Assembly: GCA_036172245.1 (NCBI GenBank)
Contig: JAYWIR010000011.1
Span: 4,464,001-4,528,000 of the forward strand
Reading direction: 5' to 3'
Source: Raillietiella orientalis
Taxonomy: Eukaryota
DNA: 64,000 bases
The notes beneath the pieces were generated by a model that ran no database searches, was not told where the DNA came from, and was given only the letters and a program-made list of their open reading frames with translations. How positions within the stretch are numbered: position 1 is the first letter of the stretch; each line of letters begins with the position of its first letter. Below, piece by piece: positions 40,237 to 52,470 of the stretch. The translations under genes were made by a program, and so were the position numbers.

Positions 40237-40806
40237 TCAATCCAACTTATTGATACGTTGTTCAAGGTGTTTATAAGTTTCAGAATTTTTTTCCTGAACA
40301 GACTGCAACTCTTTTTCTAATGTGAGCATTTCTTTGTGGTTACTTTCTTCTAATTCCATAAAGCAGCCCAGGTACTTCTTAAATATCTCTCCTTCCTGCT
40401 TGGCCAACGCAACCTCTGGATTACGTGTGAATTCCCTACAATGCAGTTTTATGTGCGAATTGGCTTTATCCACAAATACCAATCAAGTTGATTGCTGTGC
40501 AGGACCTGGTCCCAATTCCTAAAACCCTCTTCTAATGTGGGATTTCGCAGAAAACGATCAAAATAAGAACGAATACTCCGTAGCACTCTTTTGGCTGTTT
40601 TAGTTTGCATTTTGAGTAAAACGGATTCCTCTGCAAAGGGAAAATACGAATGCCAAGAGTGCTGACTAAAATAAAGTTGTGTTTGCTCTGCTACATATAC
40701 TCATACACTTTCCTGACCTGAGGATTTCTTGAAATTCATCACAATATTTGTCAATCATTAACTTCAGTAAGTCTTCAGATTTTTGAGTAATCTCTGTCTT
40801 CTCCAT
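40237..40806 (-). CDS. 151-aa coiled-coil protein, probable divergent PMF1/Nnf1 (Mis12 kinetochore complex)
   Basis: Exons 40806-40701, 40630-40480, 40435-40237 (GT-AG introns of 70 and 44 nt, 456 nt in frame). 'LLKLMIDKY', 'LRSIRSYF....PTLEEGFRNWDQVL', 'WEFTRNPEVAL' and a C-terminal coiled coil parallel PMF1 motifs. The first donor is the least certain. Confidence 0.65.
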
Positions 40807-42636
40807 GTTTTCAAAACGAAAGTGTTTGAAAAAAAGCCGCCTTCAATTCCTCACTGCAGAATAGCCAACTTCAAATTTTTATTCAACAAGATTTAGATCG
40901 TTTTGTCATGTAAGGATGCTATTAAAAGGATAAATCTTCAGCCTTCTTACCATATGCTCATTGCATATTTTTCCAAATTAAGTGGCAATATAATTTCCAC
41001 AATGTGTTTTTTTTTCTTCTATTAGCACGGCTAATGACAAAAAAGCGAAGCAAAGCGCGGCAGAGTTCTTTCAAAAAGCGTGGTTAAGTCTCACGATTAA
41101 GGAGAATGTACGTCAGAATTTGCTAAAGGAAAAGCTAGTTTTTTTCAGAATCATATGGAGCCTACTAAGAGATGAAACATAATGTGCATATCTCTTATTC
41201 CAACTGCGCTTGCATATTTTTAATTTCGAGAGGAAACGCAAAGCATATGGGCGAAAATATAGGCATATATTGGCACTTTGTTTAACATCTATACTAAATG
41301 GGGAGAACTTGGAAACGGAATAAGCGTAAATAGCGTTCATTCCACACACAACAATCGTACAAGAAATATAAACGGTCCATGTAGGGACTCTTACATGAAA
41401 GTTAAGGATATCAAGGTGTACGATACTAGCGATGCCGAAATCAAATAGGGATGTATTTCTACATAATTCTGACCTCGAATTTGCGCAACCATAAATTGTT
41501 CTCCTGCTTCCAATATCTGTGTTATTCAACAAAAACAGCTTCCAAAGTAATGTCTAAGTTCCCGAACGGTTGTTATATTGTAAGAATAAGTTTTACAATT
41601 TTTACTATTAGAAACAAAAGGTATTTCTTCATGATTTGATGAAATTCAAACCATAACATGAATTACGAAATAAATACTTGGTATGGAAAGAGTCACTCGT
41701 CACTCAATCCATACGATCCAGACCGAAACACTTCTGGTATACGTGGTATGCGGAAGTTCAAGAGGATAGTCCTGTCAGACTGGCTGCTTAACTAGAAAAA
41801 CTCGAGTTTGGGAGATGGTAAAGCCAGTAAGTGTTTCACCAGCATCACGATATCATGCAAGAATGAGTAATAACTGTAATCCACGAAGAGCACAAGTACA
41901 CGCACACAGACACAAACAGAATTTAAGATTTCATCTTTTCATAATTGGATTGCAATTCCTTTAAAATGTAAATCAACGGACTAACTGATATTACGGAAGC
42001 AGCCAAAATGCTTGAAGCGTTTTTCGATTATCTAGGAGTTCTAACGTAGAGAAATAGAACTTCAAGAGCTCAAAGAAATTACCTTCCATTCGGTTATTAT
42101 TAGAACTTAATTGTTTCATTATGTTCGATTTATTATAATGGATAATTTTCATTAAGAAATTGGTGCATGTATCGTAAGGCTTGCAAGCATCCGAACGTTG
42201 AAGCCAACGCAAAAAGATACCAACATGGACTGAACTCTCGTTCTTCAGTATCATTCCGTTTCATTCTCTATTGGGCAAAGGATGTTTGGACCAGTGGAAA
42301 CAAAGGTCAATAGCTACATGAAAGGAAAGTCGAGCAAGAGTACAAAAAATTGAAAATGTGGTCTTCCGTTTTGTTCTGAGTACCTGACTGTTCCCGCTGT
42401 CGGACGAAAAGAGTGGCACTTTACAAAAGAGTTTGAAACAAGAAATCAAAGATTGGTGCATATTTGCTCAAAGAAATGATTCGGTTATTTCAAAAGTTTG
42501 GTGCTGAAATGACTGCCTTTTAGGGAAGAAAAAAAAAAAAAAAGTTTCACATTTTTAGACGAGTTTGAAGAATTTCTTTTGGAAATGATTCCTGGCATTT
42601 ACAGATTATCAGTGAAAATGAACTAGCGTGGTTTTA

Positions 42637-45600
42637 TTAATCATCTGGATCACAAAGTCCTGTGGCATCACAAGGATGCGTTCCACACGGACAGTTTGAA
42701 GCAGGATTACCAAACTCGTAAACTGAATCGCGTATCAGGTTTCCCCCAGGAGCATAATTACAAACGAGGAGCACAGTTGTGAAGTTTAGGAATCGGCCCC
42801 AATGAATGTCTGATTCTCCATCGAATATGGAAATTCCGCAACCCACTCTAGATGTATCTGCCCATATCATTTGAGTAAAATGGCCTATATCTGCAGAATG
42901 CTCCTTCCTGAAAGACAAATATATATATATATTTTTTTTTTCCAGAAAAAAATGTAAGAATGTTTTGAAGCCCTAAATCTGCTTCCTCCCTTGAGGTTAG
43001 AAGAAAAAGGATCCAAAGGGATGACAAAAATAGAGTGAATGATCTGCAAACAGACTTACGGGAAAGATCTCATCATCTCTTCGGATGTGAAGATGATTTC
43101 ATCATACCAGTTGTCCATTAGAGTGGCCAGAACTTGGGTGAATTTGTTCTCTTTTCCATTCGAATACGAATAGGACAAGATGTTTTGACCAACCCAAGAG
43201 TCTCGGTCTTCAAAACAAGCAGGTTATAATTCTGAAGCTGCCCCTCCATACAGAAAAAGCGAACTACCGGGTGAACGGAATCCCATGCGATAAAAAGCTG
43301 CTCACCCAGGGGATATACCAAAACGCTTAGAGGGTGTAATAAGACCCAGAAACCGGTACCTCACCTTTCTGCAAGCATAGGAATCTTGCTGAATAGCCAA
43401 AGCACACACTTGTGTTTTCGTCGCCAAGATAAAGAGCAGAACCCAGAAGCAATTCAGCTTCTCTGTACCATTGTGACCTCAACCCCAGAAACAGCGGGAT
43501 GATTAAGCATGTTTCTTGAGATTCCACCAATCAGGAGAAGAAGCAAGAATTCAGCGAAGTCTTGTTCAAAAGTCTTTTTCAGAATTGTTACAGTCCGAGC
43601 ATAGGATGACGAGGTCGAAATGCGAGAAGAACGAGAAAGCCAGAGGCAAAAACAGGTGGAAGAAGGCGGAAGGATGCGAAGCCTCAAAGAAAGTAAGCAG
43701 CTAACCACAGATAAGAGTTTCCGTAAGAGAGAGAGGGCTGCATGGCAGTGGATATTGAGAGTGAAGTCGACCGATCGACTTCGACAGGGACTGAAAGGAC
43801 GGAAGCAGATTTCACTAGCAGGCCAGTTCCAAGAATTTCTTACAGAGACAGAGTACAAGAAACTTTACATAACAAAGGGGGGGAACGTGCACTTTTCTTT
43901 ACACCCTCCTTAAATCTTGGATCGAAAACAACGATGATTTCGCGGTGACGTGTCTTTTTACTAAAAATTTGCTACCCCTGCATTTCCAGAAAATCCCAAG
44001 GAAAGAAAAAATTAAAAAGACACTCACGTGTATTCCTGCATTCCGATGATCGATGGCAATCGTGGTCGAAGAAGCACTGGTCAGCCCAGCGCTGAGCGAT
44101 CTTCGCCAGATCATCGTCATAAACCTGAGTTGAGGGGCAAATGAAATCTCAATCCCACGCATGCGCCCCACACCCTTCGCAATTACTGGAAGCGGAGCAG
44201 AAACCTTAGCGATTCATTCTCGGCTCATTTTCTAAATGGAGCTTCCGAGGTGTTCGGGTTGAATCCAGCGAATTCGTGAGCTCCGCGGTTCTTGGCTCAT
44301 TGCTGGTGAGCCGCAGAGGGAGAAGAAACGCACCCAATTCTTTTCGTGGTTTCCACTTTGCCGTTGGGGCGGAGTCCGTTTCCCTGTTTTCCCTTCTTGG
44401 TAAACGCATCTCTTGGTCGCAGCAAGGGAACCGAACGCAACCAAGGACACCAAAGGTTCCACATTCTCCAGAGCATTCAGTCAGGGAAGAACGACGTGGC
44501 GGGAGCAGTGTACGGCGTGAGCGTTCGCCTTGACAACACATCGCTGATTCGTACGCGACAGCGGTTGCATTCGACTCTTGGTGCAGGAAGAGGTCTCGAG
44601 GAAATTTCATTGCTTGCCGTTCACTCTATCCTGTTTGTTTTGCCTTTGGACGCTCTCCCGCAAGAGGCGGGTTTTGTAGCACCAGTGGCACTTGCTGTCT
44701 TGGTATTGGACGTTGCAAGCCCATCATAAGGATGATGGTTGAAAGCACTTATGGCGAGATAAAGTTCTCCCTTCAAGCAGGACGCCCGACTGTCGGAATG
44801 TCGAGCGTGAGAAAACCGGTCGCTTCTTGCGGCTGTTTATTCACATTGCAGACAACTTGGTGACCTTCTCACATGCACACCTTCACTAAAACCTGGGACC
44901 TTTGCAGATCCCAGAGGGAACGCTTCGGATGTGTGATTCTCCATCACTTTTTAAAACCGACCTATTTCGCCATCCCTTCCCCGCCAGAAAGCATGGAATC
45001 ATCGCACGGTTCCGGAACTGAGCATTCGCACCAAGTTCACTCCACTGATGCTTACTGTTCACCGTAACCGTTACTGACGGGATTTGCAGCTGAGAGATTT
45101 GGTCCTGACCACACGCTCGAGACGTCGGAAAACACTCTTTGAGCGCGCGCGTATGCCTTGATCTCATCCACGTTTACGCTGCTGCAAGGCAAATCATTCT
45201 TTTTTTTTCAGCAGGACACACGACAGGCAGGTGAAAAAAAATCAAGGAATTAGGTAGCTGGAAGGGTGGGTAGCTCGCAGCCGGAACGCAGATACAAAGC
45301 GCGACTGACCATCTGGAACTCTTCGAAGGAAAATCTCGCGGTGGTGCAGAAAGAACTCGTGAAAGTTGGGAAATGCACTTTTACTAAGAGCGTGGAAGCG
45401 TTCGGACGTCAACACATGAACATCAACACTTTGCTGCAACACATCCCTCCTTTCAACCTCACTCACCACACTCAACATGTTTGCGGCAGAAGGCAAGGTT
45501 GTTTTCCCGAGTGCCACCAAGGACCTTTTCTTGTTATGCACGTCGAGAATGGTCGCTTTTTCCACACTCGTGAGAGGTTGGTTCCACCTGTAGGGCTTCC

Positions 45601-45742
45601 CATTTCTGTAGCAGTGTGCTCCAGCTATTCCTTGGTGAAATCGGCACAGGTTGTGGTAGGATGGATACGAGTTGCAATCTTTGCTTCCTTTGGGGTGGCA
45701 GGCTGCATAGCACACGGCCGAAATAAGAAGGAAAACCTTCAT
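42637..45742 (-). CDS. Secreted CAP/SCP (antigen 5/venom allergen-like) protein, 263 aa, 4 coding exons
   Basis: Exons 45742-45467, 44124-44028, 43207-43060, 42907-42637 (792 nt, phases 0/1/2). Signal peptide; HNKKRS, AANM, YDDDLAKIAQRWADQC.FDHD, VGQN, WYDE, GHFTQMIWA, VCNYAPGGN and a C-terminal Cys hinge. Acceptor just upstream of the ATG implies a 5' UTR exon. Confidence 0.93.
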
Positions 45743-48539
45743 GGTTGCTCACTGCTCTTCCCGATCCTGGAAAATAATATCAGCGAGAAAGACCTTAGAG
45801 ACAGCAGAATCTAGTCGTGTGGTCTCCTGGGAGCATCCCCAGCATTTCACTTATATAATCCTGGACTGAGTCTTGTTTAAAGTTCGAATACGGTTGTCGT
45901 AACTGTTTTCTTCGCATTAATTCCTGAAATCCACGGCGATGTCCGATTACGTCCAAAAGTTCGTTTTCTAAACAAAGAAGTAATAGCTTTTTGATGAGTG
46001 CCATCACCTTAGGAGGTTATTCATTTTCCAATTTCTGTGGTACTGAAATCAATATGGGATATCTTTCAATGCGCAGCCTAAAGGCGAAGAAATCGAGAAA
46101 CACCAGGGAAGAGATACCGAGATTTCCTTCAATGCCTTTATTGGTCATTTATTACGTGGTTTGGGTTCGCTGCTATGGATGACCCGCCACATCTACCCAT
46201 TCTTCTTCATTCATCCATTCCTTCTTTTTTTTTTTTAACGCGGAAAACGAAAAACGGACTGCTGTGATCGCATCGCTAGGAGGGCTTGGAGACAGCGCAA
46301 TGCAGCTTGGATGTTCGCAGCCACTGTACCCCTAAGTCGTGAAAAGACGCGTGTCCGGTGGAGGGTGACTACCCCCAGCGGATAGATCCTCATCAGACGT
46401 CCCTTTCGATAGTGAATTTTCAGTCTTCTCAGGCAGAAACGCTCAAAGAAGTACTTTCCGACGGAACTCAAGTGACCGGAAGCAGGACACCTTGAGGAAC
46501 GGCAGGCAGGAGAGAGATTCCGCTTCGTTGTTCGGGTGTACCCAAGGTGTCTTGCAGGCTGGAATACAACTCTAACGGGACGATGGAATCCTTCTATTTC
46601 ATCATCCTCGATTCTTGTTTCAATGAATGAATGATGCGAACACATTTCCAGTTTGATCGTGCGAATGGCTCCGAAACACGGATCTGCATGGATGCATGAT
46701 AATGTGTGTCGTGAGATGTAACTTTCCAGCTTGTTGATTACCATTTTAGAATCATCTCCAAGAGGCTGAGTGAGCTGAAGCGCCCTCTGATTTGTTTATA
46801 CAGCGGGAAAATAAAGCTCACGAACGTCAGTACGTTCCGCGAAGGCGAACAGAATAAAAGTTCGTTCCGGAGAAAATGATTGCACAGTTGCTGACACTGG
46901 AGCAGTGCTCTCACCAAACATCAGAAACTTTGAAGATGGAGACGAAAAGTGATCGACCAAGCTTGAGAATCAGGAGAAAACCACTTTTTTTTTTTTCTTG
47001 CCGGGGGTGCAGGACATCTCGCTGAAATGGAGTGCTGCATGAACGAACGTGCTTCCTGTAACGAGCGTTAATGACAAATACTTTCCAAGACCGACGAAGA
47101 ATGAAACTAAGGCGTTTAAGAACTGCCGGTGATTCTCGAAAAAAAAATCAGCCTTCGTGTTTCTCATTCACGACAGGGCGCTCCATGCAACAGCCATGTG
47201 TTTGGTTCCCGCCTGAAGACAGAAGACATCTGCCGCACCGGATTTACTCAGGCCCAGCCAGGAGGCGCTTTAGGAACCTCTAGATGGTTGTGCAGCAGAC
47301 CGCCCTTCCGAAGAGAACACTTTGACGCTCTCTTTCCGGAAAAGGAAATGACTCCAAGGCAGCATTCTCACGAAGCTTCAATCACGGTGGATTCTATTTA
47401 GACACGAGAGTAGCATTCCTTAGTACCTGTGATGATTCGAAAGATCAAATCGCTTTAGGTTCCTCAAGTAATGATCTTGGTATCAGTGAAGGCGATCGAT
47501 CAGTACCGATCAGATCAAGGAAGAGAGGATTTTGCGCTCGGCAAGAAGGCGCGAGGTGAGTCACCCCAGTGCCTTTAGCAGGAAATGGGATCGTTCTTAC
47601 CCCGTTATTTGCTGTACTTAGACTCGTACGGTAAATCGCCTGCTTAAACAAAAGAGTTGTCGTCAAAGATACAAAATAGGCGCTAGGTTCTAGGCGAGTC
47701 GAATGGGTGGGGTGGCGCCGACTCGCAGGTTCGGCTCCCATCGAGTTAAACAGTGAGGTTGGAGATGAAACTAAAGAGGGAAAAAAAGTGGCGAAAATAC
47801 GTGTTCGGTTATGCAAAAAGCAACGGGACACTCCAGGAGATGCAGATTCGACTACTAAGGAGCTCCGTTAGAAGCGGAGGTTCCTGGAGGAGCTTCCGAT
47901 ATCACAAGGGAATTCCAGGATGGGGATTTTTGTGTTTCCAAACGGAGGATACAAGAGATTCACCAAGGCTGCCTACGATTCCCACTGCAGCCTGATCCGA
48001 GATGCGAGCCAGAGAGCGAGCACGGCACGGGCACCTTCAAAGACGTCAAAAGACCAAACCTGCTTTTGTTTCTTCCAGAATTTTGTCACATTTAAAAGAA
48101 CTGGGTGGGCCGCCGCTAATCATTTTGGATCTTTTGGATACGTGAGAATCAACAACGAGGATATTCTCACCCTTATTTGAACATCCCTCACCTCTCTCCA
48201 CCCTCCCATCCAGAAAAAAACCAAACTTTTTCCCCACGTCCTTTTCCTGTCGCCCAGATCAATAATATCTTGTTGACCCCGGCCGCACCGGCTCGGTCCC
48301 AAATCTGCTTCCAAGTTCACGTGACCTCCATGCTTCAGATGACATGCATCGGACTCGACGCAACCGATATCGAGATGTGGCAGACGTCGCGCTTAGCCTC
48401 GGCGCTTGGCACCAGCGTCGGGTGCCGGAGGATCAGCGGAGCTCTCCCGTCTCGTTTCATGTGAACTTTCGAAGGGATGATTCTTCTTCCCCCCAGGAAA
48501 GCTGCTTCCTCCAGGAATGGATGATGGAAATCCTTTTCT

Positions 48540-49526
48540 GTCTTCGCAGTTCTTCGACACGGTTCCACGCCACCCGAGGTGGGTATTCTTCAAGATAGGG
48601 AGTACCCCGGGAGGGGTCTGCCCTATGAATCCAGGAAGGACTCGGAAGTCCGTTCCTCTCACTCCTGGGGAGGGATCCCCGGAAATGGAGATCACCTCCA
48701 CCCTGGTTGTCTCCGAAGGGGAATCCACAAGGGAATCTCTTTCCTTATTCTTTGTTTTGGTTCGTGAAGTGAGCCTCAAGAGCCGGTCGCGTGCCTCGCG
48801 GCGCACGTGGCCCTTTTAAACACTTTTTGTTTCCACGCCTCTCTGCCTGAGGCAAGGGGCGATGCTTTTCTCCAGGATAGGGCACCCCAGAAGTGGCTAT
48901 GATATGAATCCAGGAAGGGTTCGGAGTCCGTTCCTCTTGGGGTATCGCACCTCCCACCCTGGTTGTCTCCTTCCTTATTCTCTCCGAAGAGACCGTTGGG
49001 GGGGTCCGCTCCAGTTTTTCTTCTCTGAAGGGAACCCGGACAGGATCCAACCCTGGAATTCCTTCTCCGGAGGGATCACCCGCAAGGGATCCGCTCCTGT
49101 TTTTACTCCTCTGAAGAGAACCCAGAAGGGACGCTTCCGAAATTCAGAAGGACGCAGCTTCCCCGAAGGGATCGGCTCGCGTCTCTGCACTCTCTGGAGA
49201 GATGGTAGCGACACAGCTACTCCATCAGTACGACGCAGAGGGGTCCCCCCTGGAATGAGGGATTCGCACAACTGGAGGGAAGCTCCCACTCCGTGATTCC
49301 TGGAAGGACCCAGAGGTCGATTCCCATTTGTCCCGGCCCTCATCGGGGGCATCCGGTTTCAACCGCTACCAGTGCCGCACCCGGATGAATGCAGGTCAAC
49401 CAGCGTCATCTTGTGGGGTGAACTCGGAACCCACGACGCACTGCGTCGGTTCCTTCGGAGTATTCGAACCCACGACGCATGGTGCCACGAGCGGAGACCA
49501 CCGTAGCCACGCGGCCTCCGACGCGG
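48540..49526 (-). mobile_element. tRNA-headed SINE-like repeat, copy C, with a tandemly duplicated 3' portion
   Basis: Minus strand CCGCGTCGGAGGCCGCGTGGCTACGGTGG (A box) ... GGGTTCGAATA (B box, 49461-49471). The block TATGAATCCAGGAAGG...CCCTGGTTGTCTCC occurs twice (48.62 and 48.90 kb). Confidence 0.75.
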
Positions 49527-49550
49527 ACTGTTTCACTCGGCTCTCGGAAG

Positions 49551-49576
49551 GTGTGTGTGTGTGTGTGTGTGTGTGT
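49551..49576. repeat. (GT)13 microsatellite
   Basis: Directly visible. Confidence 0.95.
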
Positions 49577-50180
49577 TTAGGGATAAGGGATTCGATGTGC
49601 ACGAGTGGGTAGCAAGGTCACTCGAAAAGCTGTTGGGCGCTGGACCTAGAGGGTGTAGGATGGAGAGAAGTCAATCCTTGTAGGTCTCCATTATTCCTAA
49701 AAGGGAAAACGGAGCTGCAGATGCCATAAAAGGATGGCAGGAGGCTCAGCTTCTTGCTGCTTCCTTTTGGTTGAGGAATCACCGATAGCAACGCGAGGCA
49801 ACTCCGACTTTCACTCCAGCCACTGCTTTCTGGCGCATTAGAATTCAAGGGGGACGAGTCCGACCTGGTTCTTCGGGTATGAGTCCCACCGATGGAAGGA
49901 CAATCAGCTGGACCTTCGTGGGCGCGTCACGAAGGATCCGGGCGCGCACAGAGCGAAGAGCTGATCATCCAACGCCTGCGCGAGGAAGTCTCCGGAAACC
50001 GTTCAGTCCGCTGAGGCGGAGTGTTCGCTCGGACACTGCCGTTGCGGGGTGGTTCGTCCGTTTCGATGCGCTGTGTATCCGAGGCGAGGTCAGAGTTTCT
50101 AGGAAACCGACGGAGCACGTATCGCGTCACACTGGTGCATCCCTTCTTTCCCGAGGGAAGCATCGCCGTAGCCACATGTC

Positions 50181-50940
50181 CCGCGTTGGCGGTCGTGCGG
50201 CTGCGGCAGCACCGGACGTCGCGGGTTCGAATCCCACCGGGTGCCGACTCCGAGAACGGGGGATGCGTCGTGGGTTTCCAGTCACCCCTGTAAGATGGTG
50301 CTGGTTGGCCTATTTGGGTGGGCACAGGCGTTAACCTGATGCTCCCGTTGGCCGGTCGGAACTGCAAGTTGAACCTCCGGGGTCCCTCCCAGGAGTCAAG
50401 GAGCTCTTCGGGGTCCCCATCCGGTTGTGGAGATGGGTCCGTCCCTCTCCCCTCGGAAGGAGACCCTCTATCGAGTACCATGGAGCTGGTTGATACCTCT
50501 CCAGAGTGCTGCAAGAAGGGCGCTGCTGCCTTCGGGGAGCGCCTCTTAAAGAAAACGAGAAGCTTCCTTTCGTGGTTTTCTTCAGAGGAGGAAACAGGGA
50601 GCAATTCCCTTGCGGATTCATTGCGGAGAAGTTCCAGGAGCAGAACCTTACCGGATTTCCTCCGGAGAAAAAATGAGGAGTGACCCCGTCCCCTGTGGAA
50701 GTCCCATCGGAGAGAACAAGGACGTGGATTCCTTTCCCTCCCAAGCGTAAGAAGAACGAACTCCTTCCTCCAGGGCCATCCTGGATTCATAGGGTCCCTA
50801 CGGGGTCATCCCCCAAACTTGAAGAGTCACCCGCACCCGCGGGTGACGTGGACGGTGTTAAAGAGCTTCGTGACCTCCGCTCTAAGAGGGCGAACGGTTC
50901 TTCAGCACTTGGCGAACCAAAAAACAGACAAAAAAAAAAC
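50181..50940 (+). mobile_element. tRNA-headed SINE-like repeat, copy D (~760 bp, A-rich tail)
   Basis: B box GGTTCGAATCCC 50224-50235; body colinear with 61400-61905; ends in AAAAAACAGACAAAAAAAAA. Confidence 0.78.
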
Positions 50941-51199
50941 ACTGGAACACGGCCAGCCGTGTTCCAGCAAAGTATAGTCGCTCCCACGTGCACACTTCCT
51001 GGGATTCACAAACAGGCAGACTTCCTCATGAGGAAAACAAAAGGAGGAAGGCATCGTCACCGGAGACGCTAGCAAAAGGAGATTCTGTCGAACTCCAGAA
51101 TTTTCCTGAGGTTATCGCTGGCGCCCTTGAACCCTTCAAGTGATGCGACATCAGGCAACCTTTAATCCAATCAATGCATTCCAATTAGAAGTAACGGAG

Positions 51200-52470
51200 G
51201 TGCGAATGTGATCGAAAATCAGCGAGGCGGAAATCGGAAACGTGGCTGAACTTCGACCTTTGGGAGGAGAGGCGTGGATCTGCAAGCTTTGCCCAGGAGG
51301 CCATCTGTGTTTACTCTTCTGGCTTCCTGGGATGGAACCAGCCATCTAATTAAGCAGGAACGCTCGCGGTAACTGAACCTTGTGTGCCGCTGACCGTGAA
51401 ATTCCTCGACGTTTCTAGAAGAGACTCCAGGAAAGACCGCGCGTCCCTCAGCGACCCGATTGGAGAAGACCTGGGAACTTTCAATATCCTTCCAGTCACA
51501 CATCCACGAGAGAGGGAAGAGCATGCAGATCGAGTGCTTTCTGGTCATGGACCAGCACGAAAACGAGCCTTTCCACTATGGACTTCTTTATGAGTCGGTC
51601 TTTATGAGCTCGGAACCGGAAGACCTTTCGAACCGTCGGTCTCAACCTCAGAAGTGGCAAGGAGAGTTTCTTATTTATTTCCCAGAGTTCTCAAAATAAC
51701 GGCGAATAAAGCGATCCTGTCTGGATTGCGACAGAGGATTCAGAACTTCAAGGGACTTCATTTCGGCTGCAAGTCACTCGTGGAATCCGGTGATCCGTCC
51801 GGAGGTCTCAGGATAGGTGATGGAAACAACGCACCCGGCTGGCTGACAGCAACGTGCACCAATCTTTGCGCACGACCTTATTCTTTCTAAGGCTGTGCCA
51901 TTTCGTTGGCGACCGCGAAAATGCATCTGCCTGCACAATAGTGGCAGACGGGTCGTCAAGCAGGAGTACCAAATCAGGAATCCTGCCTTCTAGCGCAGCT
52001 GGTCCAAGACCAAATCGAGCCTTTCTGCATTCACTGAGCAGAAACGCAGTTCTTTTGGCAGCACGGATCAATAAATACAGAGATCATCAACCTCTGCTTT
52101 CGTGACAACATGACGGTGTGTCTACTTTTTGAAACATCGTCAACCGGGAGCTCCAGAAAGAATGTGCACCTTGAATGGATGTTGGAAGATCCGCCGTCGC
52201 TTTTGGATACGGCAAGGGAACTCACAGGGTGTCCACGTGTCGCGCCGACGGGAATTCTGTGCACGCAGTTGTGAGACACCTCATAAAATCCTTTCCCCAC
52301 GTGCTGCATTCCATGGGAAGCCCATGGCACCTTACTGAAAGGATAAGTCGATTCTTTCGGTCAGATTCTGAATGGCAAATCAGTGGCACCGCGTGCTATT
52401 TTGGAAGAAGGCAAAATTCTTATGGCAGGGCTGCGAATTATACACGAAAGCTATCCCCCTTCTATTAAAG
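51200..52470 (+). mobile_element. Decayed LINE fragment (endonuclease end/RT start)
   Basis: Contains the left inverted-repeat arm; 'KYRDHQPLLS', 'NIVNRELQK' and 'HLIKSFPHV' loosely follow RT motifs, and the right arm runs directly into a zf-RVT-like segment. Confidence 0.4.

Noticed and set aside
43118..43530. ORFs 'YPLGEQLFIAW' and 'QWYREAE' as alternative CAP exons
   Set aside because: No phase-compatible acceptor found; the true exon (VGQN...WYDE) is in another frame at 43060-43207.
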